From Octopus vulgaris (taxonomy: Eukaryota), in the NCBI GenBank assembly GCA_951406725.2, contig OX597821.1, positions 113,398,001-113,462,000 on the forward strand: a stretch of 64,000 nucleotides of DNA. The letters run 5' to 3'. Below are positions 1 to 12,647 of the stretch, piece after piece. Position numbers and translations under genes: made by a program. Position 1 is the first letter of the stretch; each line of letters opens with the position of its first letter. Below the pieces are notes generated by a model. It saw nothing but the letters and a program-made list of their open reading frames with translations, was not told the DNA's origin and made no database searches.

Positions 1-1525
1 TTGTATCGTAGGAAACTAAAATGAAGCCACAAAACAAGCGAACTGACATTGATCATGATGCCCTAAATTATATTTGAAAGCAAGAGTTTATATTAAAAGG
101 TTCCCACATGTGAGCCTCATGCAACATGAATGGTAGCATATTTTACATTAAAACACAGATAAAAGTTCATTGCCATGCTTAAGACAGTGACTAATCAACC
201 TACAACGGAAACATAATTTTACTAATTACGTTTCTAATTAGGGAAAAGAAAAATAAATTAAAAGAATAACAAAGCAGAATATAGTCAATAAGGGAAGTAA
301 CTCTGCAAAACACATTTCACTCTAAGAATTGGACGATAAAAACAATTTTATTGATTCATAAAGAAAACTCGCTGAAAAAATAAATTATCACTCAGTAACT
401 TAATTAAAAATATGGAGTTGATTATCTTTAATTTTTTGCAGGTCAGGTACGATTTTAATTTAACATTACAAATAAAACGCAATTCTTTCCTAAATTTGAT
501 GCAACAAAAAAAACTACCTTTTCATAGTATTTGCTTTCAGCTAGGTGGACTGAACTAGGATTCAGAAGTTGAATGATTTGATCTCAGACAAATACCAACA
601 CTCATATTGGTTATAATTGTCCAGCTAGTCAGTTGCATCTTGGAACACAAAGGCAGCAGAAAACAATCAACAATATGTGTTGCGTTTATCTTTGTTTCTA
701 TTATGAAACTCATTTCTGTTGAAATACTTTGCTATTGTTTTAACTGATTTTTAAAAAAATGAAGAATTTAGTAAAATAACTTTGTTATTATTAAGATGGT
801 ATTTAGAACATCTTAACTGGAGATTTTAATTCAGATCACTTTAATCTCGTGACCATATTTCTGTTAAAACACTGTTTCATTTGATTTTGAAAATAATGAA
901 GAATTTAGACACCACTTAGATGACAGTGATGCTTATTTACAACTATCACAGTATATCAAAAACACAACACACATGACAGGCTTCCACCAAATCCATTCAG
1001 AAGACTTTGGTTAGTGCAACAGATTAGAAGCACACATTTTGCTTTGGTGTAAAAGACAGGCTACAGCAAATATTCTGCTCAATACCACAGATTTGTTTGT
1101 CAGTTGTTTGACCATAACCAGTTGAGCATGTCCCTTAGTGGCTTATGATATGTGCATCTCTGATCACGAGCAGAAGTAGTGGGGGAGCATCATAGCCATG
1201 TGTTGAGAGGGATTCTTTGGGGCTTGAATAATTCACCCCTGGAAACACGGGTGTTTTGTTCATCATCTTTAAACAAAATACATTCAGGGACCATTTGAGT
1301 GGGATGGGTTACTTGACCTGAAGGAAATTCTAACTGGGCCCCACCTGCAAGGTCATGTGCTGCTTATTTTGATAAGCGATCACCATTCCATATGGTTGTG
1401 ATGCATGTGCCTGATGTACCCTTATCAGACAAGTAGTCATAATGGGTATACTGGGCTTCATATATTTGTATCCCAGTATCACTTCGATGACATGCACTGC
1501 TCTCTCACTCAATAATAATGATAAT

Positions 1526-1559
<34 letters not shown>

Positions 1560-1816
1560 TAAAATTTTTGTCCCGTGGACGGCTTGGGGGAAGGGATTAA
1601 GTCGATTACATTGACCCCAGTGTTTCACTGGTGCTTATTTTATCGATCCAAAAGGATGAAAGGCAAAATCGACCTTGGTAGAATTTGAACTCAGAACGTA
1701 GCGATGAGTAAAATACTGCTAAGCATTCCATCCAGCATGCTAACGATTCTGCCAGCACACCACCTTGATAATAGAAATAAAAATAATAAAAGCAGTATAA
1801 AAATGTGAAAGCTTAC

Positions 1817-1957
1817 CAAATACATTGGTGATAGTTTCATATAAGGAATGAGTTAGCAAAGGTTCAGTGAGGCCTTGGAAATATTCACTGACTGCACGGA
1901 AGACATCTTTCTCAAAACCTGGATATATAGCAAAGTTATCGTCCACTTTATTTGGCC
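1817..1957 (-). CDS. DEPDC1: DEPDC1-family exon 7, RhoGAP-like domain (WPNKVDD...YPGFEKDVFRAVSEYFQGLTEPLLTHSLYE); gene continues beyond the window
   Basis: Acceptor cctttgcAG, donor GTAAGC, 141 nt, phase 1-1. Resembles GFERDVFRTIADYF..LPEPLLTFEYYE. Confidence 0.95.
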
Positions 1958-2039
1958 CTGCAAAGGAAGAATTTATGAGAACACTTATTTATTGAATAAT
2001 GAATATCAAATCAAATCAAATCAAACCAAATCAAAATAG

Positions 2040-2576
2040 ATGAACATCAATGGAATTTGTATCCTTGTGGTACCAGTGCCGGTGGTACATAAGAAAACCA
2101 TCCGAACGTAGCCAGTACCGCATCGACTGGCCTCCGTGCTGAGGGCACGTAACAAACACCATCCGAGCGTGGCCGTTTGCCAGCCTCGTCTGGCACCTGT
2201 GTCGGTGACACATAAGAAAACACCATCCGAGCGTGGCCGTCTGCCAGCCTCGTCTGGCACCTGTGTCGGTGGCACATAAAAAACACCATCCAAGCGTGGC
2301 CATCTGCCAGCCTCGTCTGGCACCTGTGTCGGTGGCACATAAAAAACACCATCCGAGCGTGGCCATCTGCCAGCCTCGTCTGGCACCTGTGTCGGTGGCA
2401 CATAAAATCACCCACTACACTCTCGGAGTGGTTGGCGTTAGGAAGGGCATCCAGTTGTAGAAACACTGCCAGATCTGACTGGCCTGGTGCAGCCTTCGGG
2501 CTTGCCAGACCCCAGTTGAACCGTCCAACCCATGCTAGCATGGAAAGCGGACGTTAAACGATGATGATGATGATGA
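2040..2576 (+). mobile_element. RTE-related SINE family C with internal minisatellite (also 9205-9727, 11105-11400, 38900-39168, 47260-47573, 49515-49955, 60474-61078, 63645-63862)
   Basis: Shared block ggttggcgttaggaagggcatccagctgtagaaac...gtccaacccatgctagcatggaaagcggacgttaaac(gat)n. This copy has four 63-bp tandem units (about 2155-2410). Confidence 0.88.
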
Positions 2577-3385
2577 ATAATAAGAAATTGTTAATTATTT
2601 GTAAGATTCATTAATTACATCATCATCATTTTAACATTCCCATTCTCATCAGTTGGATGCTCTTCTGATAGACAACTGTCACTTATTTCCACAAACAGGG
2701 TTGGCCAGGTGCTACGGTGCAGTTGTAAGTTTGCTTCCCAACCACATGGTTTCCAGTTCAGTGCCATCGCATGACACATTGGGAAAGTGTGTTAAACTAT
2801 AGCCCTGGGCCAAACAAAGCCTTGTGAGTGAATATGACAGAAGGAAACTAAAAGAAGCACAGCATATATATATATATATGAGGGGTTGTTGAAAAGTTCC
2901 TGGCTTTAAGTGTATTGTGAAAGGCCCGGTTGGTGGCCCAACCTTCCAAGTTCTTTTACAGGGCTTAGAAAAACTGAAGGACCACTGAATCTGAGTGTGG
3001 TGTTAGGAAGGGCATCCAGCCATAGAAAACCATGCCAAGTCAGACTGGAGTCTGGTGCAGCCTTCCCGTGTGCCAGCCCAGTCAAACTGTCCAACCCATG
3101 CCAGCATGGACAACGGACATTAAATGAAGATGACTTGTATGTGTGTGTGTGTGTGTATTACTGTCTCCTTGCCTTGACATTATGTGATCGTTGTGAATGT
3201 CACTCTCATGCAAGTGGTATCTTTTGTTTCACGTCTTCCAAGACGCATGTGCCATATGGAAATATTACCTTACTTGGAAACAAGTGAAGGCTGGTTACAA
3301 GAAGGGCATCTGGCCATAGAAAATCTGCCCTAATAAATTCCTTGCAACCCATTTAAACCATGGATAAGTAGTCATTAAACCACGT

Positions 3386-3607
3386 TGGCAGAAACGTTAG
3401 CATGCCAGGCAAAATGCATAGCCGTATTTCGTCTGCTGTTATGTTGTGAGTTCAAATTCCGCCGAGGTCGACTTTGCCTTTCATCCTTTCGGGGTCGATA
3501 AATTAAGTACCAGTTACGCACTGGGGTCGATGTAATCGACTTAATCCCTTTGTCTGTCCTTGTTTGTCCTCTCTATGTTTAGCCCCTTGTGAGCAATAAA
3601 GAAATAG
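3386..3607 (+). mobile_element. tRNA-derived SINE family A (more than 15 copies, e.g. 1565-1767, 11918-12294, 26660-28015, 30506-30900, 37575-37790, 52230-52447, 53330-53566, 61128-61570)
   Basis: A-box-like tggcagaaacgttag, B-box gagttcaaattcc, conserved core gtcgactttgcctttcatcctttcggggtcgataaattaagtaccag. One copy has a 17-bp TSD. Confidence 0.9.
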
Positions 3608-3989
3608 ATATATACATATATATTAGTATGTAAGAATATGATGGGCTTCTTTCATCCCAACCCACTGAGGCAGGTAAGGACGAAAAAGTTTAAGCAACCA
3701 GTCTTTATCATGAAAATAACAAGCAATTTGTACAGCTAGATCACTACCATCATTTAATGCCCATTATCCATGCTGGTATGGGTTGGATGGTTTGACAGGA
3801 GCTGGCAAGGTTGGAGGGATGTTCGGGCTCAATATTTGTTTTGGCATGGTTTCTATGACTGGATGCCCTTCCTAATACCAACCACTTTACAGAGTGTAGT
3901 GGGTGCTTTGACACAGCACTGGCATGGGTGTGTTTTACATGACACCTGCACCTACAAGCCCACAAGATTAGGGGTGCTCAGCTGGAGAG

Positions 3990-4280
3990 GGTTGTTTGTT
4001 CCTTCTCGAGCCATGCCTGGCTCATAAGGGTTGGTTTCCTGGTTTCCTTGACGCATAGGTCCCCACCTAGACGGGATGCTGTTCCATCGCAGGTGAGATG
4101 CTAGATGCAGGAGGAAAGAGTGAGAGAAAGTTGTGGCGAAAGAGTCAGCAGAAGTTCGCCATCACCTTCTGCTGGAGACGCGTTGAGTTTAGGTGTTTCG
4201 CTCATAAACACACACATCACCCAGTCTGAGATTCGAACCCGCGAGTCCGCTGCTCTAGCCACTAGGCCATGTGCCTCCAC
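3990..4280 (-). mobile_element. tRNA-derived SINE family D (second copy about 4870-5180; related head at 48433-48800 on plus)
   Basis: Head gtggaggcacatggcctagtgg.tagagcag.ggactc..ggttc.aatctc; two similar copies flank DEPDC1 exon 6. Confidence 0.8.
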
Positions 4281-4540
4281 CAGCTGGAGAGAGTTGCAGA
4301 GGACAAGCCTGTATTCAAGGACAACCACTACATGTCTTAAGCACAGCAAACTGCCAGGAGTCTCGGTTAACCCCTCTGTGAGTCCCAACGTCTGTAGATT
4401 CCCCTCTTTGAGTCCCAGAATAAAGAGATAATGATTCGGAATGAAGGGCTTTAAACAAAACAATGTCATAAGGCATAACTTAGGTCTTTCTACACAGAGG
4501 AATTAAGAAACATTAAAGGAGCCAAAAAGATTAAACTTAC

Positions 4541-4588
4541 AATGGACGAGGCATTTCATTGCGGACAGGATCCAATGTGGAAGCTGAT
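4541..4588 (-). CDS. DEPDC1: DEPDC1-family exon 6 (DQLPHWILSAMKCLVH)
   Basis: Acceptor ctctttcAG, donor GTAAGT, 48 nt, phase 1-1. Near-identical to the DEPDC1 signature DLPHWVLSAMKCLANWP. Confidence 0.95.
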
Positions 4589-5548
4589 CTGAAAGAGAAA
4601 TAAAAAGAAATTTTTTCGTAATTCAAATACATTGAAAATAAGAAATAATGTTATCTCGTAATAAATTTTGAATTACAATAGAAAATAAAAGGAGCCAATC
4701 TGGTTGTGTGGTACGGAGTTTGGATCTCAACCACATGGTTATGGGTTCAGTTCCACCATGTGGCACCATGGACAAGTGTCTTCTATTATAGCCCTGAGCT
4801 GACCGAATGCTTGTGAATGGATTCAGTAGATACACAGTGGAAGAGACCTATCATATATATATATATATGTTTGTTGTTGTTTGTTCCTTCTCAAGCCATA
4901 CCTGGCTCATAAGGGCTGGTTTCCTGGTCTCATTGGCATATAAGTTCCCCATCTGGACAAGATGCTGGTCCATCGCAGGTGAGATGCTAGATGCAGGAGG
5001 AAAGAGTGAGAGGAAGTTGTGGCGAAAGAGTCAACAGAAGTTCAACATTACCTTCTGCCAGAGTCACATGGAGCTTAGGTGTTTTGCTCATAAACATACA
5101 CATTGCCCGGTCTGAGACTTGAACCCACGATCCCTTGACCATGAGTCCACTGCTCTAACAACTAGGCCATGTGCCTCCACTTATATCTTTATCTTGCTAC
5201 ATATGGATTTCACTATTGATGAAAAATCACTCCGATACAACACGATGTTTTAACCTCTTTTATTTCCTCATATTCCTTTCTGTTGAAGAGAATAGGCTCG
5301 AAACATAGAAGACTTTCTCACCTTCCTGAGTGTCAAACTAATACACCTGCTTATTGTTATTACACCTGTCTTCGAATTTTGTTTTTTTTTGTAAATTTCA
5401 ACTACATAGCTGGCGTTAGGAAGGGCATCCAGCTGTAGAAACATTGCCAGATAAGACTGGAGTCTGGTGCAGCCTCCTGGCTACCCAGATCCCCGGTCGA
5501 ACCGTCCAACCCATGCTAGCATGGAGAACGGACGTTAAACGATGATGA

Positions 5549-5593
<45 letters not shown>

Positions 5594-6259
5594 GTATGTA
5601 TTTGTATACGTGTGTGAGAGAGAGAGAGCATCTCTTGTTGACTTGCCATCACATGGTAGTTGTAAAAAATGGTGCATCAGCATCATTCAGTGATCATCGT
5701 TTCTAGTTTCCCATGGAAACAGGTCCATTTAATTCAGAAAGAGGTGCAGATTGGCAACAAGGCAGGCATCATCCAAATCAGTCTGCCCCCATGCAAGCAT
5801 GGAAAAGTGGACGTTAAAGCAATGATGATGAGATGTCTTCCTTAGATTTTGATGGAAATGAAAACCAAAAAAATGCTCTTAGTTTCAGACTAAATCACAA
5901 TCCAATTGTATTTCTAAAAAAGGAGACAAACAAAATAATGTAAAACACGAAGTTTATTCTATTCCAATCTTTATGAAGGAGGGTAGCCAACTACTCATTT
6001 GCTAATTATCTCCCTTGTTTGCGAGGGGGGGGGGGTGCCTCAATATTTTAAAATTTTCTAGAGGAAGTGTTTACCTACTAATAGCAAAGATCATAGTTTT
6101 TTTTCAACTGTCCACATTACATACGTGAGATCTTATACATAACTATGTTAGAATGTCTTTTACAGAAATCTTCAGAGATAGCTTCATAGATACATTTTAA
6201 GGAAAGTATGATCAAAACAAAAAAGAAAAGAAAAAAGAAAAGAAAACAGTGCAACTAAC

Positions 6260-6390
6260 CTTTAGTATTTACATTACCAACCACCCCACTTTTATTTACA
6301 TAGAGACAATTGTGCATTATATGCCGACCATTTACCAATGAAGCATCCAAGAATTCTTCCAAAGTGTTGTAACCAATTGTCTTTTGCAAC
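6260..6390 (-). CDS. DEPDC1: DEPDC1-family exon 5 (LQKTIGYNTLEEFLD...HIMHNCLYVNKSGVVGNVNTK)
   Basis: Acceptor ggtttcAG, donor GTTAGT, 131 nt (phase 2 to 1). Resembles LQTILGVPSLEEVI...YIMYN...SKRGVV. Confidence 0.92.
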
Positions 6391-7757
6391 CTGAAACCAA
6401 AATTTAAATTGATATATAAATGGAATTATAACAAGGTAGATCAGATCTTATGATGAAAAGTAAAATTAATTTTTGAAGTGTATTTTCTTAAGAGGCTTAA
6501 TTTGAAGTATTACGTTGAAACTAAAACAATTCTAGTGATGATTTGTTCCTCAACTCATCAGGGCCATTAAAAACATAATAGATACAATTGTGGCTGTAGG
6601 ATTTTGGTACCGTTGGTGACTTCTACTATAAGCATGGGGTGACCAATGTCCAGGGCCTTGTGAATGAAATTTGGTAAACAGAAACTTGAAGAAGCTCACT
6701 CACAGAGACACACATACAGTCTCTATTTACCAAATCCACTCGCAAGGCTATAAGCATATACCACACACACACACAGATAGATGTGGTTAGACAGGCAGTC
6801 AGACAGACAGACGCACACATAGATACAGGCATGACCAAGCAATAAGGAAATTTGCTTTGCAACCAAATGCATCTATGACCCAGTCACTGGTACAATTCCA
6901 CTGCAACTGCACTGCATGTCACAGATGGCTTTCCCATGATGTAATGGTTGAAATCAAATTTGCAATATTAAAATAATTAAAAAGAAATTTCTATTTCAAA
7001 TATCCTCTTTGGGAAAAAAAAAACGAGAAAAACTCATCAAAACTAACGATAAATAATTATTCAAATTAAAACTCATTTTCCTCAAAAGATTATCTGTATT
7101 TCTTGGTATTGAGAATGTTATCTTACATATTAATTTTGTCCAACCCATGCTAGCATGGAAAACGGATGCTAAACGATGATGATGATGATGATGATGATTT
7201 ATCTAGGTACCTTTTTCCTTTTTTTTCTTTTGCCAAAAATAGATACTGAAAATTTACCAAGCATCTTAGTCAATGAATTACTGTATTTGATGGCATAAAA
7301 GATAAATGGTTGTATCAGTCACACCCCAGTTTCAGCAGCACTTATTCAGAAAAAAAAAAATGTTATAGTTCATGATAGCATGTAATATAAACCCAAATTT
7401 GCACTTATTGACCAGGGTGATTTTTGGAGAAAAGTACATCTTATATGCCATCATATTCATTAATATACCATTAATTTTAATTCCAAAAGTGGGTCACCTG
7501 TGCTAAACTTATCATGCTACTATTCAGTAAATGTACAAAAATAAAAATGCTGATAGGTGATCAATAGGATCTATATATGAGCAAGTCAATCACAAAATGA
7601 AACTTCTTGGGAAAGAAGGTGAAGTGTTCAGACTTTTTTTTAAATGTTTGTATCTTTTGTGAAGTTTTCCAAACAAAATTAAATGTCTTCAAGACTAGAA
7701 CGACCTCAATGCCAAGAAATAGGATAAATAATTCATAGATTAAACAAATTCACAAAC

Positions 7758-7979
7758 CGGTGTAATGTGACCATTTTCCAAACAGCTTCCATTGATTCCA
7801 AAGACAAAGGTTTGGCAACAAGATGACATTTGGGTATTGCAAGAGATTTGAATTTGGAGGTAGTTTTTGATTTTTCACTTTTTGATATAACGGTCTTCTG
7901 TCCTGGTGCAGCATTCATTAAATCCATTCGTGCACTAAGAGGCACACGGGAATCTTTTGCTGGAGAACTTTGGTTGAAC
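7758..7979 (-). CDS. DEPDC1: DEPDC1-family exon 4, linker (FNQSSPAKDSR...LSLESMEAVWKMVTLH)
   Basis: Acceptor tcttctAG, donor GTTTGT, 222 nt open frame, phase 2-2, ending in the conserved E.VW..V.L segment. Confidence 0.88.
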
Positions 7980-8511
7980 CTAGAAGATACAGGAATTATA
8001 ATTCAAATAAGACTTCAATACATTTCACAGGATATAGAAAGGTGGTTAAGATGTTTACTTCCTAGTCACTTGGTTTCAGGTTCAGTTCCACTGTGTGGCA
8101 CATTGGGAAAATATCTTTTATAAGGCTAACCAAAGCCTTCTGAGTGGATTTGGCAGATGGAAACTGAAAGAAGCTCCTTGTGTGTGTGTGTGTTTGTGTT
8201 TTTGTATCTCCTTGTCTTGATTGCATGTAATGAGCTTCCCTGTCATCTTTTTGGGACCAATAAAAAAAGTACCAATCCTGACTGAAGGATTCATGGAACT
8301 GTCACAGAGTTAGGAAAGATGACTTCTGGTTGTCTCTTTAACTAAGAGCAATGAGACCAATGCTAAGCTGTATTGGCCCAAATTGACAGCTTTGTCCTTG
8401 GCTTAACATCAAAACTGTGCAGAAGGGAGACTTGTCCTACGCATACATGTGTGCTGGGCCTTCATCAGCAGTTACTGACAGAGGCTAAAATTATGCACAA
8501 TAAAGTAAAGT

Positions 8512-8731
8512 TATGAAGAGGTACTCAAAGATCCTGGTTTTGAAGGTATCGTGAAAGGCCTGGTTGGAGACCCAACCTTCCGAGTTCTTTTACAGGGATT
8601 AGAAAAATTGAAGGACCACTGCAATAAGTGTGTGAATCTGAGCGGGAAATATGTTGGATAAAATCATAATTAACTGATCCTCCTGTATTTTCTCTCACCC
8701 AAAGCCAGAAATTTTTCAGCATCACCTTGTA
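8512..8731 (+). mobile_element. Mariner-derived MITE (partial second copy at about 2878-2990)
   Basis: TA-flanked degenerate TIRs. Frameshifted C-terminal transposase text WLETQPSEFF/QGLEKLKDHCNKCVNLSGKYV*. Confidence 0.75.
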
Positions 8732-8820
8732 GATGCAAAAAATAAAAAAAATAAATGAAATAAGAGATATGAACTAGAGAAGCTGGGTTTTGTAAAAATA
8801 AGATAAATCGCACAACATAC

Positions 8821-8928
8821 CGATAGACACGACCACCTTCAGCAAACTCTCGCTTCTTTTTGCTTCCTTGTACATCCTCAAATATCCTGGCTTTTAACAA
8901 TTTACCCATTAATTGTACTGTTTGTTGC
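8821..8928 (-). CDS. DEPDC1: DEPDC1-family exon 3, end of DEP domain (QQTVQLMGKLLKARIFEDVQG...RVY)
   Basis: Acceptor ttccttcccAG, donor GTATGT, 108 nt, phase 2-2. Resembles QQTIQLLRKFLKNHVIEDIKG. Confidence 0.93.
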
Positions 8929-9204
8929 CTGGGAAGGAAAAAAAAAATAAGACACTGTTTAGAAATTATAGGGTCAATTAGTCATAACAACCATTCATTA
9001 AATGAAATCTAGTACCAAGATATGCAAAATTGATGAAGGGCAATATTAATTCTTTAGCAATTAAACCAACCATAACTGGTGAAAATATTCTGTTCTTTTA
9101 TTGAAACTGGCCACATCCAGCCTCTCACACTTCCTCTACATTGTCATTCTAAAAATAAATCATCACATTGCAGAAATCTCAAAGCTATGAGATAATGAAT
9201 GATT

Positions 9205-9400
9205 AGCATTGGGCCTCACAGAAGCAAGGTGCCCGAGTTCCTTTTAAACATTTGACCTCAAGGAAGCAAAGTGACTGAGTTCCTTTCAAACATTGGGCCT
9301 CATGAAGGCAAAGTGGTTGAGTTCCTTTCGAGTGTTGGGCCTCACGGAGGCAAGGTGGCTGAGTTCCTATCAAGTGTTTGGCCTCACAGGGGCAATGACC
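9205..9400 (+). repeat. 42-bp minisatellite, about 4.5 copies, at the head of a family C element
   Basis: Unit ttgggcctcacggaggcaaggtggctgagttcctttc; 14-aa periodicity in the overlapping ORFs. Confidence 0.85.
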
Positions 9401-10056
9401 AAGACCTTTGGCATTATGTCATGCTTAAGAAAACCCATCACGCTGAGCAAAATCGCATTGGTGGCAGATACCAGTGTCACACAAATTGGCACCTGTGCTG
9501 GTGGCTCGTAATCACGCCCTGGTGTCATGCAACTGGCACCTGTACCGGTGGCCTGTAAAAGTACCCATTACACTCTCAGAATGGTTGGCATTAGGAAGGG
9601 CATCCAGCCATAGAAAACCATGTAAAATCAGACTGGAGTCTAGTGCAGCCTTCCAGCATGCCAGCCCAGATAAACTGTCCAACCCATGCCAGCATGGACA
9701 ACGGATGTTAAATGAGGATGATGATGACAAATGTGAATAGATAAGCAATACATTTGACAAAATAATCTGAATGCTAAAAAGGTTAAAGCTTAGTATAATC
9801 TTGGGGTAACTCAATGACAAACTAAACAAGATTTTGTTAAGAAATGCAAAAGATTGCAATGCTGAATATTTCTGAGTCTTCAGGCAAATATGATGTACAT
9901 GATAAATAGAGGCATGGCTGGATGGGTAAGACATTCTCCTTGCAACCAGGTGGTTTCAGGCGCCATGGGCATATGTCTTCTACCATAGCCCCAGGCCTAT
10001 GAAGCCTTGTGGGGGAATTTGGTAGACAGAAACTGAAAATAAGCCCATTGTGTGCA

Positions 10057-10120
10057 GGTCTGGTGGTTAGAATTCCTGGATTTCATCCAGCAAACCCTGG
10101 TTCAATTCCCAGCATGGGAA
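10057..10120 (+). pseudogene. tRNA-Glu(TTC) pseudogene fragment
   Basis: Colinear with metazoan tRNA-Glu(TTC): GGTC..GGTTAG.ATTCCTGG-atTTCat-CCAG..GGTTC.ATTCCC..TGGGAA. The 5' acceptor strand is missing and several stems are mismatched. Confidence 0.7.
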
Positions 10121-12489
10121 TCTGTTATTTTGTCCAACCAATTCTAGCATGAAAGCCAAATGTTAAACGGTGTTGATATGTATGCGTGTGTGTCAGTGTA
10201 TTTGTAAACATTCACATTCCACAAAAGTCACAACTTGAGAGCAGTGTTGTTGTTGTTGTCCCTTACAAAGGGAGGGTAAAAACAAGAAGGGCATCATCAT
10301 CATCATCAATGTCCATTTTCCATGCTGTCATGGGTTGGACAGTTTGACAGAAGCTGGCAAAGTCAGTGGCCGGGATCCAGACTAAGCTCCATAGTCTTGG
10401 CATTGTAACGCTAACCACTTTACAGAGTGCACCGGGTGCTTTTTACATGGCACCAGCACCAGTGCTCTTTATGTGGCACCAGCATGGGAGCTTTATATGT
10501 GGAACCAGCACCAACTGTAAAATGATGCCTTGATCAAATATCAAACCCATGCTAGCATGGAAAAACTGATGCTAAAACAACCAAATGACTCAATGCTAAC
10601 ATACTAATGAATCAAGGAATATGGCAGTGCCTTTGGGAGACTGGCACATTCCTTGTACTTTTAGAATACGAACAATGAAGCAATAAGCAGTCTATTGGGA
10701 AATATCATTGAAGTTTAAAAATTGTTTACTTAATAGAAAAAAACAGGTTACATCTATTGTTCAGGTAGCGTATTTAACCCTTTTGATATCTTATTTATGG
10801 CCAAATACACTATCTTTGATTTAGCTAATTTTTAAAATGGTGAAGAATTTAGTAAAATAATTGTCATTATTAAGCTGGTGTTTGGAACATAAATTAACAT
10901 GAAATTAACATAAATTAACATGAAATCTTGAGGGCAAGTTATAATTTAGATGATTTTAAAACAAGAAGTTTGTATTAGAGATCCAGGGAGGTCCTAGGCT
11001 GGTTGGTATTAAAAGGGCCAAATATCTATTGAAATAAGTTATTTTAGGTATTTCAAATGGATAACTTAGAGTATATTTCAAAAATTAAATCATTTAAAAG
11101 AAAATCATCATCATCATTTAACATCCACTTTCCATGCTAGCATGGGTTGGATGGTTCGAATGGGGTCTGGGAAGTCAGGAGGCTGCACCAGACCCAGTCT
11201 AATCTGGCATTGTTTCTACAGCTAGATGCCCTTCATAATGCCAACCACTCCGTGAGAGTAGTGGGTGCTTTTTACGTGCCACTGGCACAGAAACCAGTCG
11301 AGGCAGCACCGGCAACGGCCACGTTCGGATGGTTCTTTTACGTGCTACCAGCACTGGTACCACAACTGCAATTTCCATTGATTTTTAATCGATTTTGATT
11401 TCAAAATAATAAAATTTTGTCTTTAACGCTTTAACATTCAGATTACTCAGTCAAATGTGATGCACATTTATTTACATTGTTCTGAATTAATCATGTATTA
11501 TCTTGGAGCTTTGAGCTTTTGATGAAGTGATTGCTTATTTTTAGACTGAAATTCTAGGGTAGTCATGAGAGGTCAGTTCTGGCTGGTTTAAGTATAAAAC
11601 AGGGACAAATATGGCCGGTTTCAATGCTAAATAGTTAAACTAATAAAAGGATTAATATAGGATAAATTTTAACAAAAATAGGATTAGAGAAATAGCTCAA
11701 GGTGGCCAGTGGCATGTATTTGAACATAAAAAATGTAGGTATATCAAATGCCATAAAACATAAATCCTTCATTTATTACAATAATCCCTCCTCTCAAGGA
11801 TGTACTACTACTGCCACATGGTAGTCAAGATGAATCCCAATTGAAAAGGGGAGATAATCTCAAGTTTCAAGAAATCTCTGAAGACGATCAGTCATTAAGG
11901 AAAAGGTCAGGTTTATTCTTTTCTACTCAAGGCACAAAGCCTGAAATTTTATGGGAGGGAGCCATTCAGTTAGATCAACCTCAGAATGCAACTGGTACTT
12001 GATTTATCAACCTCGAAAGGATGAATGGCAAAATCAAACTCAGTGAAATTTGAACTCAGAGACAAAATACTTATTTCTTTACTACCCACAAGGGGCTAAA
12101 CACAGAGGGGACGAACAAGGACAGACAAACAGATTAAGTCGATTATATCGACCCAGTACATAACTGGTACTTATTTAATCAACCCCGAAAGGATGTTGAC
12201 CTTGGCGGAATTTGAACTCAGAAGATAGCGACAGACAAAATACTTGCTAAGCATTTCGCCTGGCATGCTAATGTTTCTGCCAGCTCACCACCTTAAAAGG
12301 TCAGGTTTATTGTCTGAAGATAAGAGGACAGTCATAAACTGCAGTCTACTGTTGAAGGTATTCCTCTCTAAGTTTGAAGGGCTGTTTTTGTAACCGACAT
12401 ACCCCACCACCCCTGATATTGGTGATCTTAAGCAAAAAATACTGTTGAGTTGGGTTTAAATGAATAAATAAATAAAAGATTGTTCTCAC

Positions 12490-12647
12490 TTGGTAATGTC
12501 TGAACCAAAATTAGGGTTGCTCTTCAAATACTTATGCATCCATTCTAGTGCTTCTGTGGCAGTAAAAGCTTTATCGTAAACCTTCATGTAACGTCGGCGT
12601 CGGCCAATAGGCATGCCATGTTTGAACGCTCGGATAATTGTGTTCCA
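12490..12647 (-). CDS. DEPDC1: DEPDC1-family exon 2, DEP domain (WNTIIRAFKHGMP...EALEWMHKYLKSNPNFGSDIT)
   Basis: Acceptor tttaaacAG, donor GTGAGA, 158 nt (phase 0 to 2). Resembles DEPDC1 WNEVTTSFRAGMP...FTAGEAVDWL...NFGPEVT as recalled. Confidence 0.95.

Noticed and set aside
2021-2541. Repetitive ORFs and CRISPR-like periodicity
   Set aside because: 63-bp head-to-tail minisatellite inside a SINE; no unique spacers, no cas genes, eukaryotic context.
10057-10120. Functional tRNA-Glu gene
   Set aside because: 5' acceptor strand absent and stems mismatched; listed as a pseudogene instead.
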